Of a DNA stretch of 64,000 bases, positions 23,654 through 35,196 are shown one piece after another. Origin of the DNA: Tubiluchus corallicola. Its lineage: Eukaryota > Animalia > Priapulida. Where the stretch lies: contig JAQGDQ010002409.1 in assembly GCA_030141605.1 (NCBI GenBank), forward strand, positions 8,799 to 72,798. Direction: 5' to 3'. The notes under the pieces were generated by a model. That model made no database searches. It had not been told where the DNA came from and saw nothing but the letters and a program-made list of their open reading frames with translations. The stretch's first letter is position 1. Every line of letters begins with the position of its first letter. Both the position numbers and the translations under genes were made by a program.

Positions 23654-23863
23654 TAAAATAAATTCTATTAATTGAAACGAACTTGGCTAATTTGACTATT
23701 GTTGATAAAAAAGTAAAAACAATTTTACATCCCTACACAAGGTTTTTATGTGAGTATGATTTAATTAGTACCAGCCGCTATAAAGAATTATTAATACCGT
23801 CAGTAAACAAAACCAAATCGGAGAACCGAACAAATGTATGTATTGTTTATAAAAAGTATTTTT

Positions 23864-23871
23864 TACTTTTG
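23864..23871 (+). promoter_or_regulatory. -7 promoter element for glycosylation cassette
   Basis: TACTTTTG 27 bp before the ATG at 23899. Confidence 0.55.
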
Positions 23872-23898
23872 TGGAGAATTGTTTAATGCAGAATTTAT

Positions 23899-24036
23899 AT
23901 GATGCCTAAGTTATCTTTAATTATAGCAGCCTATAAAAATTTCCACTTTTTAGGATCTGTAATGAAATCTGTAGCACTACAAAGTTTTAAAGATTTTGAA
24001 GTAATCATTGCAGAAGATGATAGTTCGAATTTGTAA
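23899..24036 (+). pseudogene. GT2 glycosyltransferase N-terminal remnant (45 aa)
   Basis: Hand translation gives MMPKLSLIIAAYKNFHFLGSVMKSVALQSFKDFEVIIAEDDSSNL*, a classic GT2 start; the rest is absent. Below the ORF-track length cutoff. Confidence 0.8.
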
Positions 24037-24051
24037 AAATGGAATAGCCAA

Positions 24052-24960
24052 ATGAATGAAATAAAAGCAAATAAAAAACACGCCTTCTTAATAACAGCCT
24101 ATAAAAATGAAGATTACTTATTGAACCTTATTGATGCATTGGACTCTAACAAATCATTATTTTACATTCATATTGACAAAAAGAGCCCTCTTAATCAAAA
24201 TGAAAAAATTAACCAGTTAAACAGAAAAAAAAATATCCACTTCATAGAGAATAATATAAGGGTCTATTGGGGAGGTTTCTCACATGTAAAAGCTATTATT
24301 TTACTTATAAGAGAGGCCTTGCAAAACAAGAACATAAGTCATTTTCATACTTTAACAGGACAATGTTTCCCCACAAGACCTCTAAACGAAATATTTTCTT
24401 TTTTTAAAAAGAATGGAACAACTGAATTTATTGAATACCAAAGAATGATTCCGCCTATGTGGGGTCGTAGAGGTGGAATGAATAGATTAAATTATTATCA
24501 ATTTTATGATATTTTTAATGCAAAAGTGAGGTTTCAAGAAAAAATTCTAATGTTTCTCCTTTCTTTTCAAAAAGCATTGCTTATAAAACGTCCGTATTCC
24601 AAAAAGTATCCTAAACTTTATGGAGGTAGTTTATGGTGGTCATTAACCCGTAATAGCATAGAGTATATGAACCAATATGTAAAAAAAAATCCGAAATTTT
24701 ATAATCGTTTTAAACATACATTTTGCCCAGAAGAAATACTTTTTCAAACTATATTATTAAGTTCTCCTTATAAGAATAATATTGTCAATGATAGCCTTCG
24801 TTATGTTGATTGGACAAAAAGAAATGGGAATTGCCCTGCCAATTTAGATGAAACAGACTATGATAAATTAATGAAAAACAACAAACTATTTGCACGAAAG
24901 TTTGAATACCCTGTAAGTGAAAAATTATTGAAAAAAATAAAGCTAAACATATCAAAATGA
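24052..24960 (+). CDS. GT14 / core-2-I-branching family glycosyltransferase
   Basis: HAFLITAYK, YIHIDKK, VYWGGFS, GQCFP, GSLWWSL, EEILFQT, LRYVDW and LFARKF. Confidence 0.9.
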   Translation: MNEIKANKKHAFLITAYKNEDYLLNLIDALDSNKSLFYIHIDKKSPLNQNEKINQLNRKKNIHFIENNIRVYWGGFSHVKAIILLIREALQNKNISHFHTLTGQCFPTRPLNEIFSFFKKNGTTEFIEYQRMIPPMWGRRGGMNRLNYYQFYDIFNAKVRFQEKILMFLLSFQKALLIKRPYSKKYPKLYGGSLWWSLTRNSIEYMNQYVKKNPKFYNRFKHTFCPEEILFQTILLSSPYKNNIVNDSLRYVDWTKRNGNCPANLDETDYDKLMKNNKLFARKFEYPVSEKLLKKIKLNISK

Positions 24961-26055
24961 AATATGATTATTTAATTGTAGGAGCAGGTTTATTTGGTGC
25001 CACATTCTACCATTTAGCAGACCAAAAAAATAAAAGTTGCTTAATCATAGACAAAAGAAATCATATAGGAGGTAATTGTTATTGTGAAAACATTGAAGGA
25101 ATAAATGTTCATAAATATGGGGCACATATTTTTCATACTGATGATAAAAACATTTGGGATTTTTTGAATTCATTTACAGAATTTAATAGATATACCAACT
25201 CACCTTTAGCGTATTTCAAAGGAAAATTCTATAATCTTCCTTTTAATATGAATACTTTTTATCAATTGTGGGGGGGGTAAAAACACCAGAAGAAGCACAG
25301 AAAAAAATAACAAAGCAAAAAGAGAAATACAATATACAAACTCCTAAAAACTTAGAAGAACAGGCTATTTCATTAGTAGGTTACGATATATATGCAACCT
25401 TAATAAAAGGATATACAGAAAAACAGTGGGGCAGAAAAGCAACAGAACTCCCTCCTTTTATAATAAAGCGACTGCCTTTGAAATTTACTTTTGACAATAA
25501 CTATTTCAATGATAGATATCAAGGTATCCCTATTGGAGGTTACAATAAAATATTCAACAAGCTACTAAAAAATGCTGAAGTAAGGCTAAATACAGATTTT
25601 TTTGAAAATATAGAGTATTTTAAAAACATAGCAAAGAAAATAGTATATACAGGGGCAATAGACGAATACTATAACTGTAAATTTGGAATGTTAGAATATA
25701 GAACTCTTAAATTTGAAAATGAAATATTACCAATAGTGAATTTTCAAGGTAATTCAGTCATAAACTATACAGATAAGAATATACCTTATACTAGAATAAT
25801 AGAACATAAACATTTTGAATTTGGCAAGCAAGATAAAACAGTAGTAACAAAAGAATACCCAATGGAATGGCAAAAGGAGATAACCCCTATTATCCAATAA
25901 ATAATAGAAGAAATTCGCAATTATACCAAAAATACAAACAATTAGCTGATAAAGAAACAAATATTATCTTTGGAGGTAGACTAGCTGAATATAAGTATTA
26001 TGATATGCACCAAGTAATAGCAAAAGCCATCGAAGTCGCAAAGAAAATACTATGA
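24957..26055 (+). pseudogene. glf: UDP-galactopyranose mutase, split by two frameshifts
   Basis: YLIVGAGLFG, HKYGAHIFHT, GYTEKQWG, YFNDRYQGIP, TRIIEHKHF, PYYP and GRLAEYKYYDMH are spread over three frames, with shifts at G8 (25270-25277) and A4 (25872-25875). Confidence 0.92.
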
Positions 26056-26880
26056 AGAACGTAAAAATATTAATCGTAACTCATAAAAAACTCTCCTTCT
26101 CTACACAAGCTAATTATTTACCTGTGTGTGTAGGAAGTGCAAATAAACAAATTACGGGTTATCAAACAGATAATGAAGGTAAAAACATATCGCACAAAAA
26201 TAGTAGCTATTGTGAGTTGACAGCACTGTACTGGGCTGCAAAAAACTTGAAAAATGTAGATATAATAGGACTAACTCATTATAGAAGATATTTTGATTTC
26301 AATACCTACAAAAAGAATATTTACAGAGAAAGAAGAATATCCCTTAATGAAATAGAAAAAGTTAATTTTAAAAATGCAGAATTGCAACAGGTACTAAAAA
26401 AATGATGTAGTACTTCCAATACCAACAAGATTTAAAATATCAGTAAAAAATCAATACTTTCAACACCATATAAAAGAAGATTTAGATATAACAACAAAGC
26501 TAATAAAAAAAGAGTACCCAACTTACTACGATAAGTGGGAAAGATTTATACTATCTAACACACTTTGCCCCTTCAATATGTTCATTACCAACAAGGAGAT
26601 ATTTACCCAATACACTTCTTGGCTATTTGAGGTACTTTTTAAAATAGAAAAAAAAATAAAAATCACAAACGATCCCTATCAAAGAAGAACAATTGGCTTT
26701 TTAGGAGAACGGTTAACACATCTTTATTTTCATAGTAACAACTATAAAATAAAATACCTCCCTATACTTTTCATAGAAGAAAACAAAATTAAGAAGAAGA
26801 ACATTGAAGACAGAAAAGCAAACTGTATTTTTAATGTTAAAGAGAATCTAAATAATTTAATAGGTATTCCAAAAATATAG
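26052..26880 (+). pseudogene. DUF4422 (GT111-like galactofuranosyltransferase), one frameshift
   Basis: DNEGKNISHKNSSYCELTALYW and GLTHYRRYF; after A7 (26396-26402) the +1 frame continues DVVLP...NMFI...YTSWLF...RTIGFLGERL. Confidence 0.87.
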
Positions 26881-26912
26881 ATTAAAAATAATTTAACTAA
26901 AAATAGAATGCA

Positions 26913-27326
26913 ATGCACAACTACGAAACCATAGAACAAATCAATAAAGCCTTTAAAGGCACATTGATGGAAACACTTGGTATAGAATGCACTAAACTGG
27001 GAAAAGACCACGTAACAGCACGAATGCCCGTAGATAAACGCACCTTGCAACCCAACCATATACTACACGGCGGAGCTTCCATAGCTCTTGCTGAAACAAT
27101 AGCAGGTTTGTTGTCGCATACGGTTATTGACCACGGCACACAAGAGTCCAGAGGCATACACGTATCTTCCAACCATCTGAAAAGTGTAAAGGACGGTTAT
27201 GTTTACGCCCAAGCCACTTTTATCCATCAAGGTAGAACTACCCATCTTGTAGAAGTGAAAACAAAGGACGAGCAAGGGAACACTATTAGCATTAGTCGCG
27301 TAACTAATATCATTTTAGGGCGATAG
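26913..27326 (+). CDS. menI: Hotdog-fold thioesterase (DHNA-CoA hydrolase, MenI-like)
   Basis: MPVDKRTLQP..LHGGASIALAET; first gene of the men cluster. Confidence 0.8.
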   Translation: MHNYETIEQINKAFKGTLMETLGIECTKLGKDHVTARMPVDKRTLQPNHILHGGASIALAETIAGLLSHTVIDHGTQESRGIHVSSNHLKSVKDGYVYAQATFIHQGRTTHLVEVKTKDEQGNTISISRVTNIILGR

Positions 27327-27328
27327 AA

Positions 27329-28417
27329 ATGAATAACAATAATGACTTATTGATAGAAACTATTTCTCTGCTTTTAGCTAACAACCAGCCTTTTGCTTCT
27401 TACCACTTGCCTAACGACAGCGAAATAACAACTGTTATACAAAAATCGTTACATTTACAAGTTCTTAATACTTTGAGAAATGTAGAAAATCTGTCTGGCT
27501 TTATTTTTGCACCCTATCACTTACAAGGTAAGCATCCTATTATCCATATACAACCTGACCAGATATTTCAAACGTCTGCAAATTCTATCAAGCATTTGCC
27601 TAAACATTTTGTCAATAGTTTGCCAAGTTCTCCTACTTTACAGTATACACAGCAAATCAATAGCCTACTTGCATCTATACAACAGGGCATTATCACCAAG
27701 GCTATTCTTTCTCGCATCATAACCTACCATCAAATAGATACTCAACATATTGCACATATTTTCCATTTACTAACGAGCATCTACCCTACTGCTTTTGTTT
27801 CATTGGTCAATATACCTAATGTTGGTTGTTGGCTCACAGCTAGCCCCGAGTTATTGCTTAGTATCGACAAGCAACAATTCACTACCGTAGCACTTGCAGG
27901 AACAAAGCCAGCAGACACGCACACGCAATGGACACCGAAAGAAATAGAGGAGCAGAAAATCGTAGCTCATTATATAGAGAGTATCTTAGAACAACTCAAC
28001 ATCAGTTATCAAAAAAGCTCCACTCAAACCATCACAATAGGCAACTTAGCACATCTTAAAACTGACTATAATATACCTTTTGAAGGGCAGAGCATTCATA
28101 TAGATCAGCTTATCAAACTATTGCACCCTACACCTGCTGTATGTGGCACTCCCAAACAACAAGCCACAGAGTTAATAAATAAAGTGGAAGCTCACGACCG
28201 TGAATATTATACTGGTTTTTTAGGTCCTGCTAATTTGTACGATACAACACAGTTTTATGTTAACATACGCACAATGAAACTTAACTCTGACCATACAAGT
28301 CTTTATGTAGGGGGTGGTATTACTGAACAGTCTAACCCTATTCAAGAATGGCAAGAAACTAACCACAAGGCACAAGCTTTAATAAACATATTGGATTATT
28401 ATCTCAAAAAAAATTAA
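27329..28417 (+). CDS. menF: Isochorismate synthase
   Basis: KAILSR, ASPELL, VALAGT, KEIEEQ, LHPTPAVCG, YYTGFLG and YVGGGIT. Confidence 0.9.
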   Translation: MNNNNDLLIETISLLLANNQPFASYHLPNDSEITTVIQKSLHLQVLNTLRNVENLSGFIFAPYHLQGKHPIIHIQPDQIFQTSANSIKHLPKHFVNSLPSSPTLQYTQQINSLLASIQQGIITKAILSRIITYHQIDTQHIAHIFHLLTSIYPTAFVSLVNIPNVGCWLTASPELLLSIDKQQFTTVALAGTKPADTHTQWTPKEIEEQKIVAHYIESILEQLNISYQKSSTQTITIGNLAHLKTDYNIPFEGQSIHIDQLIKLLHPTPAVCGTPKQQATELINKVEAHDREYYTGFLGPANLYDTTQFYVNIRTMKLNSDHTSLYVGGGITEQSNPIQEWQETNHKAQALINILDYYLKKN

Positions 28418-28419
28418 CT

Positions 28420-30135
28420 TTGTGCATTGAAAAAAATGCTACTGTCAGAAGAAAGCAAATTATGCACATCTCACACCTTACAGAAATTTGTTACCAAAAA
28501 GGTATTACACACGTGGTTATCTCGCCCGGCTCACGAAATGCGCCACTTAGTCTTGCTTTTGCAAACCATCCGCACATAGAAACGATGGTCGTACCTGACG
28601 AGCGAAGTGCTGCCTATTTTGCACTGGGTATTGCTCAACAAAGCCAACGCACGGTAGCCCTTGTTTGTACTTCTGGCACGGCAGTTCTCAATTTTGCTCC
28701 TGCCATAGCCGAGGCCTACTATCAGCAGATACCTTTGTTGGTTTTGACTGCCGACCGACCGCAAGAGTGGATAGACCAGCAGGATAGTCAAGTCATTAGA
28801 CAAAATAATATTTATCACAATTACATCAAGGCTTCTTACACTTTACCACAAAATGTAAATACTCCTGATGATTTTTGGCACAGTAACCGTATTGTCAATA
28901 CTGCTATCAACAATACTCAATACCCAAGTTATGCACCTGTGCATATTAATGTTCCTCTCAAAGAACCTTTGTTTGAAACATCTCAACAATCTACATCTAC
29001 GCCCAAAGTAAAAATTATACACAACTTGCCTACTACATCTACCCTCTCTCAAAACGCTATAAAAACACTTGCAAATACTTTCAGCAAAGCTAAGAAAGTT
29101 ATTATCCTTTGTGGGCAACAAAACCTGAACTCTCAACTTAATGCACTTTTAGAAAACATAGCCAACTATAATAATGTAAGTGTTCTCACAGAAAAGACTT
29201 CCAACCTACCCAACCCACAGTATATCTCCACCATAGATAGGCTTATTAGTAGTTTAGATAAAGAAGAGGTAAAAGACTTTCAACCTGATTTGCTTATCAC
29301 CTTAGGTAATGCTATTGTTTCAAAAAAAATACGAGTTTTTTTACGTCAAAACCCACCTCAACAACATTGGCACATACACCCTGCCGACCTTAATTTAGAT
29401 ACTTATCAAGCTCTTACCCATAATATACCTATCGCCCCACAAGAGTTCTTTGCCCAGTTTATACCACTATTACAAACGGCACAAAGCACTTATAAAGTGC
29501 TTTGGAAACAACGTAACAGTGCTACTCAAAAACTGCACAACAGTTATTTGCAAGAAGCTCCATTCTCTGACCTCAAAGTTTTTGAAGCAATATTGCAACA
29601 TATACCTACAAAAAGTGATTTGCATCTGGCAAACAGTACTCCTATAAGGTATCTACAATTGTTTGATATAAAAAAGGATGTGAAATATTACTGCAATAGA
29701 GGCACAAGTGGTATAGATGGTAGCACTTCTACTGCAGTGGGTGCAGCTCATTATACCAGCCGAATAACTACGCTCATTAGCGGAGATATTGCTTTTCTTT
29801 ATGATTCTAATGCGCTGTGGAACAATTACTTATCGCCTAAGCTTAAATTAATTGTTGTTAATAATAATGGGGGTAACATTTTTCGTTTTATTCCAGGTCC
29901 TTCTGATACTCCACATCTTGAAACCTTTTTTGAAACACCGCATAATCTTAATTTAAAGAAAATAGCAGAAGCCTACAATATAGATTATTTACATTGTAAC
30001 AGTATAGACAGTTTGCATACAGCTCTTGAAAAATTATACAACAACAATAGAAATCCCTCTTTGCTTGAAATAACTACTCCACCTCAACAAAATGCGACAG
30101 TTCTTAAAAATTATTTCAAAAATATTCAAAAGTAA
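28420..30135 (+). CDS. menD: SEPHCHC synthase
   Basis: SPGSRNAPL, DERSAAYFALG, CTSGTA, TADRP, NRGTSGIDG and GDIAFLYDSN. The start could be ATG 28462. Confidence 0.96.
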   Translation: MCIEKNATVRRKQIMHISHLTEICYQKGITHVVISPGSRNAPLSLAFANHPHIETMVVPDERSAAYFALGIAQQSQRTVALVCTSGTAVLNFAPAIAEAYYQQIPLLVLTADRPQEWIDQQDSQVIRQNNIYHNYIKASYTLPQNVNTPDDFWHSNRIVNTAINNTQYPSYAPVHINVPLKEPLFETSQQSTSTPKVKIIHNLPTTSTLSQNAIKTLANTFSKAKKVIILCGQQNLNSQLNALLENIANYNNVSVLTEKTSNLPNPQYISTIDRLISSLDKEEVKDFQPDLLITLGNAIVSKKIRVFLRQNPPQQHWHIHPADLNLDTYQALTHNIPIAPQEFFAQFIPLLQTAQSTYKVLWKQRNSATQKLHNSYLQEAPFSDLKVFEAILQHIPTKSDLHLANSTPIRYLQLFDIKKDVKYYCNRGTSGIDGSTSTAVGAAHYTSRITTLISGDIAFLYDSNALWNNYLSPKLKLIVVNNNGGNIFRFIPGPSDTPHLETFFETPHNLNLKKIAEAYNIDYLHCNSIDSLHTALEKLYNNNRNPSLLEITTPPQQNATVLKNYFKNIQK

Positions 30136-30172
30136 CACCTAGTATTTCCTGTAAGAGTCTATTTCGTCACTT

Positions 30173-31342
30173 TTAAAAATAAGCTATAAATAGGTTTTTG
30201 TCATTTAGTTGATGTTGTATTTCTAATAGGTTTCTAAAATTAATAGTACCTATTACATAATTGAATTCCTGACTCTTAAAATCTTCTATTATATCGTTAA
30301 ATTGAAACAACTTTAATTCTTCTGGCGTTTCATATCTTAGGTATATTTTTAGGTTGGTAGCAATGATGTATTTATAATTAGTTTTTTGCTTGTTTTGATC
30401 TTTGTTATTTTGTAATAGCATATTGAGTTCTGTAAGAATATTCTTATTCTGAACACTTTCTCCCATTTCTTTGTTTATGATTAGGTGTTCCTCATTTAAA
30501 TTATTTGTTACAAGTACTGCAGTATAGTTATGGTCTACATTATAGAGTGAGTTTTGTGGAGAAATAAATTTAGGTGCAACAAGAAATTTTAATTTGTTTC
30601 CATTGTGTTTTTGTATTTCTGCGATTAATTTAATTTTGTAGTTTTTCTGTTGGGCTATTTTTATATCATACTCATTTATATTTTTTATTTCAAGGTTAAG
30701 CACATCATCAGTACTTATGATTGTGCCAAATGTATGGTATATAAGTATGATAAATTGATATAATGTATTGCAGTAGTTGGTGTAGGGAGTAGTATCTTCT
30801 TCTATAAATTCAAGTGCTTTTGCTTGCTTGAATACTGTAGAATAAGATTGAGACTGGGTGTACATTGTTGAAAGAAGGTAGTTAGATGACCCGTCTAAAA
30901 TACTTTGTATAAGTTGTATAGAAGAGTTTCTATTTTCTTTTTTCACATTGTCTATTGTGGCAAGATTGCAACAACAAGTATTATCATATAACAAAGTTCC
31001 ATTATATTTTTCTTGTAGTTGAATAAACTCTTCTAAATTAGTAGCTACATTTTTTCTATTAGTAGCTATTACATTTTTTCCTTTTTGCAAGGCTGTTTTT
31101 ACTGTATAGTAAGACTCCTCACTATCGTTTATTATCTCTATAATAGTATCTATTTCAGGGTCATTCAATACTATATTGGGGTCTATATGAAATAGCTTTT
31201 GTGGAAGAATGCTTTTCGGATGAATTCTGTGTGTAATTATTTTCTTTACAATTATATTTGCTTTAGTATTTTGTACTATTTTTACTAAGCTGTCACACGT
31301 TTTATTAAAACCAATAATGCCGATGGTTAGTTTCTTATACAT
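30173..31342 (-). CDS. Homoserine dehydrogenase homologue, catalytic motifs degenerate
   Basis: Scaffold matches Bacteroidota Hom (NDPEIDTIIEII, ALQKGKNV, GSSNY, KIKL, LYNV, IYLRY, YVIG) and it follows metY-metX, but the NAD-binding and catalytic motifs are substituted. Confidence 0.8.
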   Translation of the reverse strand: MYKKLTIGIIGFNKTCDSLVKIVQNTKANIIVKKIITHRIHPKSILPQKLFHIDPNIVLNDPEIDTIIEIINDSEESYYTVKTALQKGKNVIATNRKNVATNLEEFIQLQEKYNGTLLYDNTCCCNLATIDNVKKENRNSSIQLIQSILDGSSNYLLSTMYTQSQSYSTVFKQAKALEFIEEDTTPYTNYCNTLYQFIILIYHTFGTIISTDDVLNLEIKNINEYDIKIAQQKNYKIKLIAEIQKHNGNKLKFLVAPKFISPQNSLYNVDHNYTAVLVTNNLNEEHLIINKEMGESVQNKNILTELNMLLQNNKDQNKQKTNYKYIIATNLKIYLRYETPEELKLFQFNDIIEDFKSQEFNYVIGTINFRNLLEIQHQLNDKNLFIAYF

Positions 31343-31413
31343 AAATCTTATTTTTAAATAATTGTTGTTAAATTATTTAAATTCGATTAAAGTCTTAAAT
31401 TTATTACGTAAAA

Positions 31414-32433
31414 TCACAAGTTTTGTTTTATAATACTTGTTAATTTTTTCGTTTCTAATAAAAAACCATCATGTCCATAGATAGAGGTTATCTCTTCATA
31501 TTTAGATTTGGAGATAAGTTTATTTATTTTTTTTTGTTCTTCGACAGGAAATATAATGTCTGTATTTATTCCTACTACTGTAGTTTGGGCGGTGATTTGA
31601 CCAAGTGCTTTTTGGGTGCTTTTTCTATTTCTTGCTACATTGTGTGAGTCCATTGCTTTGGTTAGGGTATGATAAGAGTAAGCATTAAATCTTCTAGCTA
31701 ATTTTTCTCCTTGATAACGCTGGTAGGAAGAAGCTTTGAAGGATTTTATTTTCTCATTGCTTTCTTCTTCCTGTGTAGTAGTGTAGGTGATATAGTTCCG
31801 ATAGCTAAGCAAGGCAATAGCACGTGCTGTTTTCATACCTTCTAAACCTGCTTTTTCGTTGTTTTCTTTCCACGTGGAGTCATTTTCTATTGCCATTCTT
31901 TGTGTTTCGTTGAAAGCTATTCCCCAAGGAGAATGTTTCACATTGCACGACAGTACAAAAAGTTTTTCCAAGTTATCTTGTAGGTCAATAGCCCATTCCA
32001 GTGCTTGCATTCCTCCAAGCGAACTACCGATAAGTATATTTATTTTCTCTAATCCAAGAGCTTCTTTTAATATCTCGTGTACTTTTGTTATATCTCTTAC
32101 GGTAATAGTTGGAAAACTTTGGTAATAGGGCTGTTTCGTTACAGGATTAATAGAAAGAGGTCCCGTTGTACCATAACAAGAGCCAAGTATATTAGGACAA
32201 ATAATAAAATAATCTCTGGGATTAAATAAATCATTTTCGCCAAATAGTCCTCTCCACCAATCAAAGGGGTCGGAATTAGCTGTAAGAGCATGACATACCC
32301 ATACCACATTGTCCTTTGCCTTATTCAATTCTCCAAAAGTATGGTAGGCTATAGTGAGATTTTCTAATTGTTCACCAGATTCTAATTCTAATGTTTTACT
32401 ATGCTTATGTGTATGATATGTGTTTCGCGCCAA
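31414..32433 (-). CDS. metX: Homoserine O-acetyltransferase
   Basis: WVCHALTAN, NILGSCYGTTGP, GSSLGG nucleophile elbow, YQGEKL and GHDGFL. Confidence 0.95.
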   Translation of the reverse strand: MARNTYHTHKHSKTLELESGEQLENLTIAYHTFGELNKAKDNVVWVCHALTANSDPFDWWRGLFGENDLFNPRDYFIICPNILGSCYGTTGPLSINPVTKQPYYQSFPTITVRDITKVHEILKEALGLEKINILIGSSLGGMQALEWAIDLQDNLEKLFVLSCNVKHSPWGIAFNETQRMAIENDSTWKENNEKAGLEGMKTARAIALLSYRNYITYTTTQEEESNEKIKSFKASSYQRYQGEKLARRFNAYSYHTLTKAMDSHNVARNRKSTQKALGQITAQTTVVGINTDIIFPVEEQKKINKLISKSKYEEITSIYGHDGFLLETKKLTSIIKQNL

Positions 32434-32435
32434 TT

Positions 32436-33758
<1,323 letters not shown>

Positions 33759-33884
33759 TCAAAATAAAAAGCATACAAAAATATCATCTTTTTATGAAAG
33801 TTCAAAGAGAATTAAAAGTAAGGGATGAAAATAACTTTCAATTTTTATTTTTATTAACTCTTAACTTTTTAATATTTTATGTTT

Positions 33885-33892
33885 TATATTTG
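33885..33892 (+). promoter_or_regulatory. -7 promoter element for yebC
   Basis: TATATTTG upstream of ATG 33947. Confidence 0.5.
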
Positions 33893-33946
33893 TAACTTAT
33901 TTGATTTGTTTAGATGGTTATTTGTTGATTGTAAATTCCATAAGAT

Positions 33947-34696
33947 ATGTCGGGACACAGTAAGTGGTCTACTATTAAAAGAAAGAAGGGTGCTTTAGAT
34001 GCAAAACGTTCTAAGCTTTTTTCGCGAGTGGTGAAAGAGATTATGATCGCTGTGAAAGAAGGCGGGAGCAGTGAAGCTGATGCTAACCCTCGTTTGAGAT
34101 TAGCTATTGATAGTGCAAAACGAGTAAATATGCCTAAGGATAACATTCAACGGGCAATTAGCAGGGCTAACAAGGATGCTGTAAATTTATCAGAATTTAC
34201 CTTTGAAGGGTATGCAATTAAGGGCGTAGCAATATTTGTAGAGTGTATGTCGGACAATAACAACAGGACAGTGGCAAATGTGCGGGCTATCTTTAAAAAA
34301 TATGGAGGAAGTTTAGGTACAAATGGTTCGTTGGCGTTTCTTTTTGAACGTAAAGGGGTGATTTCTATTCCGAAAGATGATTTAGATATAGAGGAATTGG
34401 GGTTGGAATTGATTGATATAGGTGCAGAGGATATAGATGTAGAAGGCGATAATATTTTAATTACCACAACTTTTGAGGATTTTGATAAGGTGCAAAAAAG
34501 GTTGAAAAAAATGGATATAGAAATAGAGAGCGCAGAGCTGCAAAGAGTAGCTAATGATACAAAAAAACTACCAATAAAAGAAGCTAAAAAAGTGCTAGAT
34601 ATGATTAATGCTTTTGAGGAAGAGGAAGATGTTCAAAATGTGTTTCATAACCTTGAAATGACAGATGAATTACAAGAGTTTTTAGAGGAAGAGTAA
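33947..34696 (+). CDS. yebC: YebC/PmpR family protein
   Basis: MSGHSKWSTIKRKKG, NPRLR, MPKDNI, DNNNRT and DVQNVFHN. Confidence 0.96.
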   Translation: MSGHSKWSTIKRKKGALDAKRSKLFSRVVKEIMIAVKEGGSSEADANPRLRLAIDSAKRVNMPKDNIQRAISRANKDAVNLSEFTFEGYAIKGVAIFVECMSDNNNRTVANVRAIFKKYGGSLGTNGSLAFLFERKGVISIPKDDLDIEELGLELIDIGAEDIDVEGDNILITTTFEDFDKVQKRLKKMDIEIESAELQRVANDTKKLPIKEAKKVLDMINAFEEEEDVQNVFHNLEMTDELQEFLEEE

Positions 34697-34761
34697 AAGT
34701 TTAAGAATTGATTTTAGTAGCATTTTAAGAATTAGTAAAATATAGTATATAATAATTTCTG

Positions 34762-35166
34762 ATGTTGAAACGTTTTTCTTTTTTGTGGATTATAATATTT
34801 GGATTATACAATGTATGTATGGCTCAAGAGGGAAGAATAGTAGTGGTTCAGGATCAAGAGATAGGACTGTTAATGAAATCCTTTAAAACCAATAATGAAA
34901 AAATAAAAACCTTGCGAGGCTACCGTATTCAGATATATTCTGGGTCGGGTAAGGGAGCTAAAAATATGGCCGAAAATGCAAAAAGCAAGTTTAGTACTTT
35001 ATACCCTTCAGTTCCTGTGTACATAAACTATAATGCCCCATATTTTAGAGTACGAATAGGAGATTATAGAACAAAACAAGAGACACTGAAATTGCATAAG
35101 AAGATACAGAAAACTTTTAAAAATAGTTATCCTGTTCGAACCGAAATAAACCTTCCTAAATTATAA
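34762..35166 (+). CDS. SPOR-domain protein
   Basis: Signal peptide, GYRIQIYSG and PYFRVRIGDYRT. Confidence 0.88.
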   Translation: MLKRFSFLWIIIFGLYNVCMAQEGRIVVVQDQEIGLLMKSFKTNNEKIKTLRGYRIQIYSGSGKGAKNMAENAKSKFSTLYPSVPVYINYNAPYFRVRIGDYRTKQETLKLHKKIQKTFKNSYPVRTEINLPKL

Positions 35167-35196
35167 GGAATTTTAATTTTTACTTGTTATAGATAA

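Noticed and set aside
23683-23886. 67-aa ORF between gyrA and the GT cassette
   Set aside because: TTG start, no recognisable motif, and it overlaps a promoter element; probably spurious.
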